The translations under genes and the position numbers were made by a program. 64,000 nucleotides of DNA, taken from positions 54,882 to 118,881 of the IMG/VR virus record IMGVR_UViG_3300032893_000009; one strand, 5' to 3'. This DNA is from a virus. Numbering within the stretch: position 1 is the first letter of the stretch; the number at the start of each line of letters is the position of its first letter. Of this stretch, positions 29,300-37,594 are shown piece after piece. The notes below the pieces were generated by a model. The model did not search any database. It was given only the letters and a program-made list of their open reading frames with translations, and was not told the origin of the DNA.

Positions 29300-29916
29300 G
29301 GAAAGTTGATGTGAGCAAATTTGCCGTGGTATTTTCTGGCTGCCTTGTCATAGGCTTTGGCTGCTTTGATTTTCTGTGAAAAAGGGAAGCGCCCGATGTG
29401 CTTGAACTTTCCATTTACGGTAATGCCGACGCACCACTTTTTGCTGGCTCTATCCAAGCTGACGCCTTTGTACCCGCTTGTGTTTGTGGTGGGCTTTTTC
29501 ATGTTCTTCTGGTTTTGGCTGTGTGTGCATGGGGTGAGATTACTTTCACGATTATTCATTGGGTCATTATCGTGGTGGTCGCACTCTTTTTCTGGTGGGC
29601 AATCTATCACGACTTTGTGCAGCCACTCCCACTTTCCGTTACGGATGCGTGCTGCATATCCTTTGACGTACTGCCAGCGTCCTGCAACCTTGGGCCAGTT
29701 CTTGGCGTCGATGATTGCCTCATGGCCATCGCTTAGGGGTATTGCGTATGTTTCGCTGTCAACTACTCGGTACATGGGGCGTTGCTTTACTGCACCATGT
29801 CCCTTGACGAATTTCATGGGCTGGCCCTTTATCCAACCCTTCGACGCCCGGTTGCGTGGAGCGAGTTTTGTTTCCTCTCCGCAGCCGCATTGGCATAGGC
29901 CGTTGGGAATTGACAT
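29281..29916 (-). CDS. HNH homing endonuclease with C-terminal AP2 domain
   Basis: CQCGCG, LHKVV...CDHHDNDPMNNRESNL, NTSGYKGVS...AAKAYDKAA...GKFAHINF; lower GC; opposite strand to all neighbours. Confidence 0.92.
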   Translation of the reverse strand: MSIPNGLCQCGCGEETKLAPRNRASKGWIKGQPMKFVKGHGAVKQRPMYRVVDSETYAIPLSDGHEAIIDAKNWPKVAGRWQYVKGYAARIRNGKWEWLHKVVIDCPPEKECDHHDNDPMNNRESNLTPCTHSQNQKNMKKPTTNTSGYKGVSLDRASKKWCVGITVNGKFKHIGRFPFSQKIKAAKAYDKAARKYHGKFAHINFPHKSAI

Positions 29917-29989
29917 TTGCTACCTCACCATACTCAGTTCTACTGTACCCTAAATTGGGTACAGATCGCCGATCTGTAAAGGAGACGAC

Positions 29990-30301
29990 ATGCACTCTCT
30001 CATGTTTCTGCTGGTGCTGGTAACCATCACCGTTCCGCCTGCCGCCAAGGTGCTGGCCATCGTGGCGGTGGTCTATGCGGTGATACAGGGCCTGAAGCAG
30101 GCCCCGTGGTTCGCCCCCTATCTGAACGGCTGGGTGGCGGTTCTAGTCAACGTGCTGCTGAGCGCCGGGGGCGTGCTGGTCATCACCTCGCCGGACCAGC
30201 TCTATACCTTGGCCACTCTGCAAAACCTGCTTTTGGCCATTTTGGGGTCTGCGGGCGTTCACGGCACCATTTCCAAGGTGATGATGGGCGGGAAGGGCTA
30301 G
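29990..30301 (+). CDS. holin-like membrane protein
   Basis: Three to four hydrophobic helices in 103 aa; AAGGAG RBS. Confidence 0.6.
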   Translation: MHSLMFLLVLVTITVPPAAKVLAIVAVVYAVIQGLKQAPWFAPYLNGWVAVLVNVLLSAGGVLVITSPDQLYTLATLQNLLLAILGSAGVHGTISKVMMGGKG

Positions 30302-30358
30302 GAAACGCGCCTTGGGGCCTTGGCGCTCGATTGCGGGGCATTCTGGAAGGGGGCGAAC

Positions 30359-30700
30359 ATGAGTTTTCTGATGCAGAGCTTTCATCATGTCTCCCGGTCG
30401 CAGTATGGGGCACTGTGCGTGCGCGTCAGGGAGCACCTTGGGGTGAAGGTCACGGCCTACGACAACCGGGGCTCATGGACCGGGGCGGCCCTCACCGGTT
30501 TCTACACCATCGATTGGGCCTATGCGCCCAAGAGTTGCGTGCTGATGGTGCGCTGTGTCAGGAAGCCTCCCCTCGTTCCGGGCTTTCTGGTGCGACGCAG
30601 GATCGAGCAATTCGTGATGCAGGGTTTGCGAGCAGCCCCTGTCGAGGCAGAGGCGGAGAAGGAGAAGGGTAAACATGGAAAATCTGGCGTTGAATCGTAG
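30359..30700 (+). CDS. hypothetical protein
   Basis: Fills operon gap; purine-rich RBS. Confidence 0.45.
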   Translation: MSFLMQSFHHVSRSQYGALCVRVREHLGVKVTAYDNRGSWTGAALTGFYTIDWAYAPKSCVLMVRCVRKPPLVPGFLVRRRIEQFVMQGLRAAPVEAEAEKEKGKHGKSGVES

Positions 30701-31304
30701 GACGTTCCTGAAGCTCTCCAGCGCGGGCGCGGCAGTGGCGGTGGTCACGGTGCCAAGTTCCGTACTGCTGGAGGGGTGTAGCACCAGCTGGATTACGACG
30801 GTGGAGAAAGACCTGCCGGTAATCGTCAACATTGTGCAAAGCATCATAGCCATCATTGCCGAGGCCACTGGCAATGGGACGCTGGCAGCCAGCGCGGCGG
30901 CGCTCATGGCCAACGCCTCCAATGTGCTCAACGCTGCACTGAATGCGCTGAGTCAGGCGGTGACGGCCTACAACGCGGCCAAGACTCAGGGCAATCTGGA
31001 CGCAGTGATCGCGGCCCTGCAGTCGGCGCAGTCGGCGGCCAGCGGTGTCATCACAGCCCTGCAGACAGCCGGTGTGCCGGTAAGCAGCTCGATTGCCACG
31101 GTGGTCACGGCGGGCATCGGGACGGCCATCGTCATCCTGTCGTCGATTCAGGTGCTCATCCCCGGCGCGGCTCCGGCCTCGGTGGTGATGAAGGCGCAGG
31201 TCAAGGCAGGTCTGGGCAAGGTTGCAGTACCCGGCACCGATACCCTGAAGTACGGCTACAACTCGGTGCTCTGGCTGCATGGCCTCAGCACGCACGCTGT
31301 CTAA
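30675..31304 (+). CDS. Tat-signal, lipoprotein-like Ala-rich protein
   Basis: NRRTFLK twin-arginine motif, hydrophobic stretch and lipobox-like LEGC. Confidence 0.7.
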   Translation: MENLALNRRTFLKLSSAGAAVAVVTVPSSVLLEGCSTSWITTVEKDLPVIVNIVQSIIAIIAEATGNGTLAASAAALMANASNVLNAALNALSQAVTAYNAAKTQGNLDAVIAALQSAQSAASGVITALQTAGVPVSSSIATVVTAGIGTAIVILSSIQVLIPGAAPASVVMKAQVKAGLGKVAVPGTDTLKYGYNSVLWLHGLSTHAV

Positions 31305-31310
31305 CCCCGA

Positions 31311-31337
31311 CGGGGGCGGTGAGCAGCCGCCCCTTTC
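31311..31337 (+). terminator. probable intrinsic terminator
   Basis: GGGGCGGT-GAGC-AGCCGCCCC followed by TTT. Confidence 0.55.
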
Positions 31338-31352
31338 GCTCTAGGAGACACC

Positions 31353-32231
31353 ATGAGCTTTCTGCCTGTATCAGCCGGGGGCCGCCGCTATGGCCGGTTC
31401 CGTGATAATCCCAATCACCCGGCGCGCACCCTGCGCCTGTTCCAAGCCGATCCGGCGGTGGTGCTGCCGTCCAAGGCCGACGTGTGGCGCTTCAAAGGCC
31501 CGACCCGCGATCAGGGGCAGGAAGGATCGTGTACCGGCCAGATGGGAGCTGAACTGCGCGACGCGCTCTATCGCCAGTTCTTCACCTCCGAGGTCAACCA
31601 GAGCGTGCCTGCCGACCGGTTCGAGGCCAGCGCGGAATTCATCTACCTGTGCAACCTGATTGCCGACGGCAATCTGGGCGCGGATGCGGGTTCGAGCATC
31701 CACCAGACCTTCATCAGCCTCAACCAGAAGGGTGCGTGCCTGAATTCGCAGATGCCCTATTCCGACAGCCAGTATTCGACGCCGCCCACTGCCGAGCAGT
31801 TTGCCGACGGGCTGGTGTACAAGGGCGGCGCATACCACTACATCCCCGATCTCGCCACCATGAAGAGCGTGATCGCCTCCGGCTACAGCTTCGGTTTCGG
31901 CATCAGCGTGTACCAGAGCTTCGAGAGCGACTGGGCGCAGCCGGGTATGATGCCGGTGCCGGACATCACCACCGAGCAGCTGCTGGGCGGCCACGCGCAG
32001 CATGTCATGGCCTACGACGACACGCTGGTGTTTCCCGACAGCAGCGTGGGCGGACTGGGCGTGCAGAACAGCTGGGGTTCGGGCTGGGGCATCAGCGCCC
32101 CGGGCCACTCGGACGGCGGCTGCTACTGGATGTCCTACAAGTTCGTGGAGCTGAACGATCCCAACAACGGCCCTGCGGTCAGCGATGCGTGGGTTATGCA
32201 CCTCGGTGCCCCGTGGGTTCCCAAGCAGTAG
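31353..32231 (+). CDS. papain-like (C1) cysteine peptidase
   Basis: DQGQEGSC (Gln and catalytic Cys), GGHA (His) and QNSWG (Asn). Confidence 0.92.
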   Translation: MSFLPVSAGGRRYGRFRDNPNHPARTLRLFQADPAVVLPSKADVWRFKGPTRDQGQEGSCTGQMGAELRDALYRQFFTSEVNQSVPADRFEASAEFIYLCNLIADGNLGADAGSSIHQTFISLNQKGACLNSQMPYSDSQYSTPPTAEQFADGLVYKGGAYHYIPDLATMKSVIASGYSFGFGISVYQSFESDWAQPGMMPVPDITTEQLLGGHAQHVMAYDDTLVFPDSSVGGLGVQNSWGSGWGISAPGHSDGGCYWMSYKFVELNDPNNGPAVSDAWVMHLGAPWVPKQ

Positions 32232-32250
32232 CAAGACCGTGGAGAGTGGA

Positions 32251-32286
32251 GAAGCCCTGCTGGACGTAGCAGGGCTTTTCTATTAT
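32251..32286 (+). promoter_or_regulatory. terminator hairpin overlapping a GACGTA-N12-TATTAT promoter-like motif
   Basis: GAAGCCCTGCT-GGACGT-AGCAGGGCTTTT hairpin; GACGTA at 32263 and TATTAT at 32281. Confidence 0.5.
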
Positions 32287-32450
32287 GGAGTGGAGGAACA
32301 ACGTATGAGTCTGGTTTTGAAGTCGGTCGAAGAGGAAGCAGCTGCTTGCCGTGAGCGGTGTGCCGGGATGAAGGTCGGGGACGTGATCGTGCTCTGTCAT
32401 CACGACACCTTATTCACGACGCCGACATGGGAGCGCGGTAAGGAGGGACT

Positions 32451-33041
32451 ATGCCTGAGATAGCGGAAGATTTGCGGGGATTGTACGACGAAGCTATGAT
32501 GCGATCCGAGCAACAGATCGTAGCGATGCGTCCATCTTTGGTTCAAGAACTCATCGAGCGTACCAGCACGGCGGAAGCGCGGGTGAAGGAGCTGGAGGAC
32601 GCACTCAAGGCATCGAATGATGGCCCGGTCCCAGTCGGCCAGAAGTGGAGTGATTACGCAGCAAGCCCCGAAGGTCAGCTTGAGTATGCAATGGCCGAAA
32701 TCGCCCGCCTCAAGGCACCGGTAAGAGATGGGCAGACTGTGTGGTTCCACGGTACCTCACAAGAAAATGCAAAAAGTATAGCGTTGAAGGGCTTTCGAGA
32801 AGGCACGTGGTTTGCGCGGAACATGGAAACTGCGGTGGCCTATGGCGGCCCTTACGTGTTCTCAGTCCGCGTGTCATTCGACGTCGAACTGGAACGCTGG
32901 CAGGTGTGCTGTGCAAATGCCCTTGCCCCGTGCCAGATTGAAAAGCTGACGATTGTCGGTGAGGAGAAAACCCTAGCACAGTTAGAGGCCGAAGTGATAG
33001 CTCGCGCACAGAAGGGAGATGCGAATGACCCATCCGAATAA
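32451..33041 (+). CDS. hypothetical protein with ADP-ribosyltransferase-like HGT motif
   Basis: WFHGTSQENAKSIALKGF...WFARNMETAVAYG...VFSV. Confidence 0.5.
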   Translation: MPEIAEDLRGLYDEAMMRSEQQIVAMRPSLVQELIERTSTAEARVKELEDALKASNDGPVPVGQKWSDYAASPEGQLEYAMAEIARLKAPVRDGQTVWFHGTSQENAKSIALKGFREGTWFARNMETAVAYGGPYVFSVRVSFDVELERWQVCCANALAPCQIEKLTIVGEEKTLAQLEAEVIARAQKGDANDPSE

Positions 33042-33477
33042 AAGCCATTTCATCGGAGTTCTGACCAAAGTGGACGAGCCGAGCAATAAAGCGCCCTCTG
33101 GTGCGCGGGGGCACACTGTGGTGCTGACCAAGCAGGCCGCAATGGACGCGATCCCCAGCCTGCTGGGCATGGGAGTTTGCTTTCACGCCGAGAGCAAGCA
33201 TGTGGTGGGAGCCAAAATCGGAGTTATCGATACTGCTGAGTTGCACGGCAATGAACTTGTGATCACTGGCTACCTGTTTGCGCGGGACGTGCCGCAGATC
33301 GTAAGCCAGATAAGGGCCAGCGCCGAGTACGGCATGAGTTATGAGCTGGCCGATGCGCACGTGGAAGACATGCGTGCAGCAGTGTGGTACTTGACCAAGG
33401 TGACCTTCACCGGGGCCGCCATCCTCCCCCGCTGCAAGGCGGCCTACAGGACTACGGACTTTGTGCTGGTGGACTAA
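33025..33477 (+). CDS. putative prohead protease (herpes/HK97-type fold)
   Basis: SLLGMGV..H, KIGVID.A, VITGYLF, GMSYE and FTGAAIL...AAY pattern. Confidence 0.6.
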   Translation: MTHPNKSHFIGVLTKVDEPSNKAPSGARGHTVVLTKQAAMDAIPSLLGMGVCFHAESKHVVGAKIGVIDTAELHGNELVITGYLFARDVPQIVSQIRASAEYGMSYELADAHVEDMRAAVWYLTKVTFTGAAILPRCKAAYRTTDFVLVD

Positions 33478-33510
33478 AAAATTCTTACACGTTGAACCGG
33501 AGGCCCACCA

Positions 33511-33861
33511 ATGATCGATGAAGCGAGACTGAAAGATATATGCAGCAGGCCACCAGATTCTTACTCACCGGGAAAAGTCCTGACGCCATGCATTATCGCA
33601 GACGACGAAGAAATTGATGCGGCGTTTGACGAACTCCTCGCAGCGCGTGAGGAACTGGAGCGGCTGCGCTGGCGGAGGATCACGCCGGAGAGCCTGCCGA
33701 ATGCCAACGAAGAAGTGTTGGTGTGGGATGGGGATTCTGTTCACTTGGCGCTCTATCGGCCCGATTCGGAAACATACCGGTTCGACTGCGACACTTATGG
33801 CTTGGAAGAAAAAGAAGTTGTGATGTGGATGCCCATCGCTCCACCCAAGGAGGAAGCATGA
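33511..33861 (+). CDS. DUF551-like phage protein
   Basis: WRRI...SLP...EVLVW...VMWMPIAPP. Confidence 0.6.
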   Translation: MIDEARLKDICSRPPDSYSPGKVLTPCIIADDEEIDAAFDELLAAREELERLRWRRITPESLPNANEEVLVWDGDSVHLALYRPDSETYRFDCDTYGLEEKEVVMWMPIAPPKEEA

Positions 33862-34097
33862 TCGAAAAGCTGGAACGTTACGCTCAGGATGGCACGCCAG
33901 AGCCCGAGGGCTGGATGTGCTATTACCGTGTTGCCCGCGCCAGGGAGGATGCGCTGCTGGAGGCGCTGAAATCTGTGGGGGATGAGTTGCCTCAAGGCGG
34001 TTGGTGCTTCTGTCCAGCTTCGCATGCCGGTGCCAAACACACATTCGATTGCGCGGAAGCAAACCAGCTGATACGGGAGATCGAGAGGACGCGATGA
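33858..34097 (+). CDS. hypothetical protein
   Basis: ATGA overlap, AGGAGG RBS; CFC...H..DC. Confidence 0.55.
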   Translation: MIEKLERYAQDGTPEPEGWMCYYRVARAREDALLEALKSVGDELPQGGWCFCPASHAGAKHTFDCAEANQLIREIERTR

Positions 34098-34257
34098 GGC
34101 GCTTCTGGGTGTTGTTCCAGGCCTTCTGGTATGGCGTATTCCATCCTTTCCTGACAGATGCGCAGCGCGAGGCCTACGCGCGCCGCGAGGCCGCCCGGTA
34201 TATGGCACGTTTGACAGAACGTGATATACTGGACGAGATGAGGAAGAGGAGACTGAT

Positions 34258-34692
34258 ATGAAACGAATTGTCAAACTGGGATTGCTGTTTGGGCTGGGCC
34301 TGCTGGTAGGAGCAGCTTTCGCACAGGGTAATGCCATGGTGCGGGTGGGCAGTGGGGTGATGATCAGCGCAGCAAAGGATGCGCCCCCGGCGTCCAGCGT
34401 GGTGGATAAGGTCAAGTACCCCGAGCAGTTCTATGTGGGCACTTCGCAGACGGTAGGCGGCTGGGTTGTCATGTGGCTGGGCAATGCTAGGACGAACACG
34501 GCTTACGGCGTGGTGGGCAATGCTTGGAGCGCTGTCTTCTACCCCAATCAGTTTGTCGCGGGCCGCTTCGAGCGTGGTGGTTCGGCCATTGAGCTGGCTT
34601 ACGACGACAAGGGCAGGCAGAAGACCAGCACATATCTTGTCAAGCAGACGGCTCTGCTGCCGCCTCAGCCTCCGACTCCGGGTGCAAAATGA
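34258..34692 (+). CDS. exported hypothetical protein
   Basis: Signal peptide ending AFA. Confidence 0.6.
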   Translation: MKRIVKLGLLFGLGLLVGAAFAQGNAMVRVGSGVMISAAKDAPPASSVVDKVKYPEQFYVGTSQTVGGWVVMWLGNARTNTAYGVVGNAWSAVFYPNQFVAGRFERGGSAIELAYDDKGRQKTSTYLVKQTALLPPQPPTPGAK

Positions 34693-34842
34693 TGGAAAAC
34701 AAAATCTATCAGGTGACGTTTGACTACTATCGGGGTGAGTGGGTGGCCAAGGTGTTCCTCGGGGGCGTGCTGGTGGCCGAGGGTCGTGCTTACAATATGG
34801 TTAGCGCTGTGGGCGACGCTTTTGAAAAGCTAGGGGAGCGCG

Positions 34843-35664
34843 ATGATTGTCATTCGGAACGTCAATCTGCTGGGTGACACGCTGTACACCCTGCGCCCCA
34901 TAGCCGAGCTGCACATGCAGAAGCCCTTGGAGCAGATCGTGATCGGCGTGGGACAGGACTTGGCGGGTGAGATGGTGCGCCGCCAGTTCCCCATGCTGTC
35001 AGTGCGCGACGCAGGGACGCTCTCTCCGGTGGAGAACGCCCAAGCCATCGACCTGACTGCAGGACGTGCCGCGCAGCTGGCCGTTGTACAGCTATACCAG
35101 TATCATCGCCGGGTGCATATCTCGCAGTGCTTCGCATGGTTGCTGGGAGTGAACACCGATCACTGGGTTGGGGTGCCCGCGCCCCTGACTGGATGGGCAA
35201 ACATCCATCCGAGAAACACCGACGTTCACTACGCGCTCATCGCTCCGTTCTCGCGTTCCTGTTCGAGGCACGTGGGCATGCGTCCCAACAAGACCCCGGA
35301 CCACGAGCGCTGGATGCAGGTGATCGAGTGGCTGCGTGATGAACGTGGTTTGCAGCCCACCATTCTGGCTGGGCCGAATGATAACTGGACTGGTTTCCAG
35401 TGTGCCAAGACAACCGCCAGCGACCTTGACGACATGACCAATCTGCTGCGTCATGCTGATTTGATTCTGACGGTGGATAACGGCATCGGCCATCTGGCCA
35501 GCGCTCTTGGCTGTAAGACGCTGATCCTCTGGCCGCCCATGTCCGGCGTGGATTTCATCGGGCCTCTCTATAATAAATCGACACGGCTGTTGTTCATGCA
35601 CCCCGAGCGGGTGCGCGGCGATCAGCTGCTGGAGATCATCAAGCGCGAGGAGAAACTGGTATGA
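34843..35664 (+). CDS. glycosyltransferase family 9-like protein
   Basis: LGDTLY..., IAPFS and ILTVDNGIGHLASALGCKTLILW. Confidence 0.75.
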   Translation: MIVIRNVNLLGDTLYTLRPIAELHMQKPLEQIVIGVGQDLAGEMVRRQFPMLSVRDAGTLSPVENAQAIDLTAGRAAQLAVVQLYQYHRRVHISQCFAWLLGVNTDHWVGVPAPLTGWANIHPRNTDVHYALIAPFSRSCSRHVGMRPNKTPDHERWMQVIEWLRDERGLQPTILAGPNDNWTGFQCAKTTASDLDDMTNLLRHADLILTVDNGIGHLASALGCKTLILWPPMSGVDFIGPLYNKSTRLLFMHPERVRGDQLLEIIKREEKLV

Positions 35665-35903
35665 GCCCCAATATGCCGGATGAATCAGAGCAGGTTGATA
35701 TTGACAAGCGCCAACGTGAGGCTGAGCGACAGGCCGAGGAAAGGCTGGCCAGCAGGATTGTGATGTCCATTCTAGGAGACGTAACTGATCGCCGGGGATG
35801 GAGGCAGGAGTGGGAGCAGTTCGATTCCGATGTGCGGGCGGAAGTAAAGCGTGAGTGGAAGCGGCTTATCCTGCGCGAGCTGCGTAGAAAGGAGAAAGAG
35901 TAA
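35661..35903 (+). CDS. hypothetical protein
   Basis: ATGA overlap; DVTDRRGWRQEWE. Confidence 0.6.
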   Translation: MSPNMPDESEQVDIDKRQREAERQAEERLASRIVMSILGDVTDRRGWRQEWEQFDSDVRAEVKREWKRLILRELRRKEKE

Positions 35904-36310
35904 TGAGCAAGACGTTAGACAATACCAAGAAGTGGGAGGTCATCTCTCCCGAGGGCTATGTTCTCGGCATGGTGGCGTGGCATGCGCCTTGGCGGCGCTA
36001 CCGCTTCTGGTCGCTGAGCGGCACAGTGATGAGAAACATCGATGGCAAGTTCAGTACAGACGGGTGTGAGATATTCAATACCGTGTCCGGTGCGGAGATA
36101 CCGCAGGACGAGCCCTTGTTTCTGCTCCGCGCCCGTGATCGGAATGCTGTGGCCACTCTTGAGGCCTATCGCGTGCTTTGCAAGGAATCCGGCTGCAACA
36201 ACCTGCACATAAAGGGCGTGGAACAGACCATCCGCAAATTTCAGGACTTTGCGGACGCACACCCGACAGCTATGAAACAGCCCGGCGTGACCCGCGATCT
36301 GAAGCTGTGA
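35903..36310 (+). CDS. hypothetical protein
   Basis: IPQDEPLFLLRARDRNA, a motif recurrent in phage proteins. Confidence 0.6.
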   Translation: MSKTLDNTKKWEVISPEGYVLGMVAWHAPWRRYRFWSLSGTVMRNIDGKFSTDGCEIFNTVSGAEIPQDEPLFLLRARDRNAVATLEAYRVLCKESGCNNLHIKGVEQTIRKFQDFADAHPTAMKQPGVTRDLKL

Positions 36311-36322
36311 AGGAGGCAGGCG

Positions 36323-36790
36323 GTGCCCATTCGCATGACCAAAGCTGAGCTGCTGGCCGTTCGTGTTGAGGAGCGGGCCAAGATGCGCGTGAAGCAGAAG
36401 CAATCAGCCTTCATGCGCCGCACCCTTTCCATCTACAACGGGCAGAACAAGCGTATAGAGGCTGCCAACGCCGGGGCGCTGCCCTACACCCTTGCTGAGT
36501 TCCGCAGCGCAGCCCAGCGGGCTCTGGACACTGGCTGCTGCTTCTATTGCGGCACCAAGCTGACAGTGCGCAATCTGACTCCTGACCACAAGGTGGCGCT
36601 GGCGGCCTGTGGCAGCTGGAATCTGGACAACCTCGCGTGGTGCTGCCAGAGCTGCAACTGGGAAAAGGGACGGCTCAGCGCGACCGAGTTTCAGGAGCTG
36701 CTGCTGTTCCTCGACGAGCACCTGAGCCCGGCATCATCCGCCGACGTGAAGCGGCGCTTGAGCATCGGTGGCAAGTGGAGCTGGAAATGA
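36323..36790 (+). CDS. HNH endonuclease
   Basis: CFYCG...DHKVAL...G...NL..CCQSCNWEKG. Confidence 0.85.
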   Translation: MPIRMTKAELLAVRVEERAKMRVKQKQSAFMRRTLSIYNGQNKRIEAANAGALPYTLAEFRSAAQRALDTGCCFYCGTKLTVRNLTPDHKVALAACGSWNLDNLAWCCQSCNWEKGRLSATEFQELLLFLDEHLSPASSADVKRRLSIGGKWSWK

Positions 36791-36884
36791 AGCTCAGGAT
36801 GGACTCGGACGACTTGTTGAAGGCGGCGCTGGTTTTGATCTGGCCTGTGACAGGATTGCTTATCTGGTTTTTAGGGGTGGGCAA

Positions 36885-37280
36885 ATGAACCCCGGCTACG
36901 TGAGGACGGCGCTGATCTTCGCCATGCTGCTTATCGCCATCGTGCTGGGCGTGACAGTGTGCCACAGGCACGTTCGCCCACGTCCCCAGCTTCCGCCTGC
37001 CCTGACTTCTTCAAACAGCGTGCTCATCGTGCATGATGCAGAGGGCCGTACCATAGCGATATGTGACCACTACGACGACACAACCTATGTGGCCAGCAAA
37101 TGCACTGTTGTATCGGTGGACGGACTATTGTCGGCGATGGCTCTGATGGAGCACCAGCGCAGCAACAAGGAGCAGTCACAGCGTTACGTGATTGATTACC
37201 TGCTGGGCAAGATCAGGGAGTTGCAGGAGCAGCTGGGCGTTCCCCACGCCCCGACTGGCATACTGGAGAGGGACCTGTGA
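36885..37280 (+). CDS. membrane-anchored hypothetical protein
   Basis: N-terminal transmembrane helix. Confidence 0.55.
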   Translation: MNPGYVRTALIFAMLLIAIVLGVTVCHRHVRPRPQLPPALTSSNSVLIVHDAEGRTIAICDHYDDTTYVASKCTVVSVDGLLSAMALMEHQRSNKEQSQRYVIDYLLGKIRELQEQLGVPHAPTGILERDL

Positions 37281-37594
37281 TAACCGATTCGACGTGGTAT
37301 GAGGTGGAGTGGCGCATCGCAACCCACCCCGCTAATCCGTGGCACCGTTACTGCGACGATCCTCTGAGCTATGACAATGCTCTGGTTTTCAAAAAGGACC
37401 ATGAAGCGAGCGGTCCTTACGAGTGTCGCATTGTGCGCGTCACGATGACTCGTGAGGTGATTGACGAAGCTGCTTGGAAGGGATTCTGACATGAAGACCA
37501 AGCCTCTGCCGCCGAAATTGAAGGCACACTACGAGCGCAGGAACAAAATTTGGAAGGAGGCTGCTATGCCCCTTGGATCGGAGGTGCAACGCGC

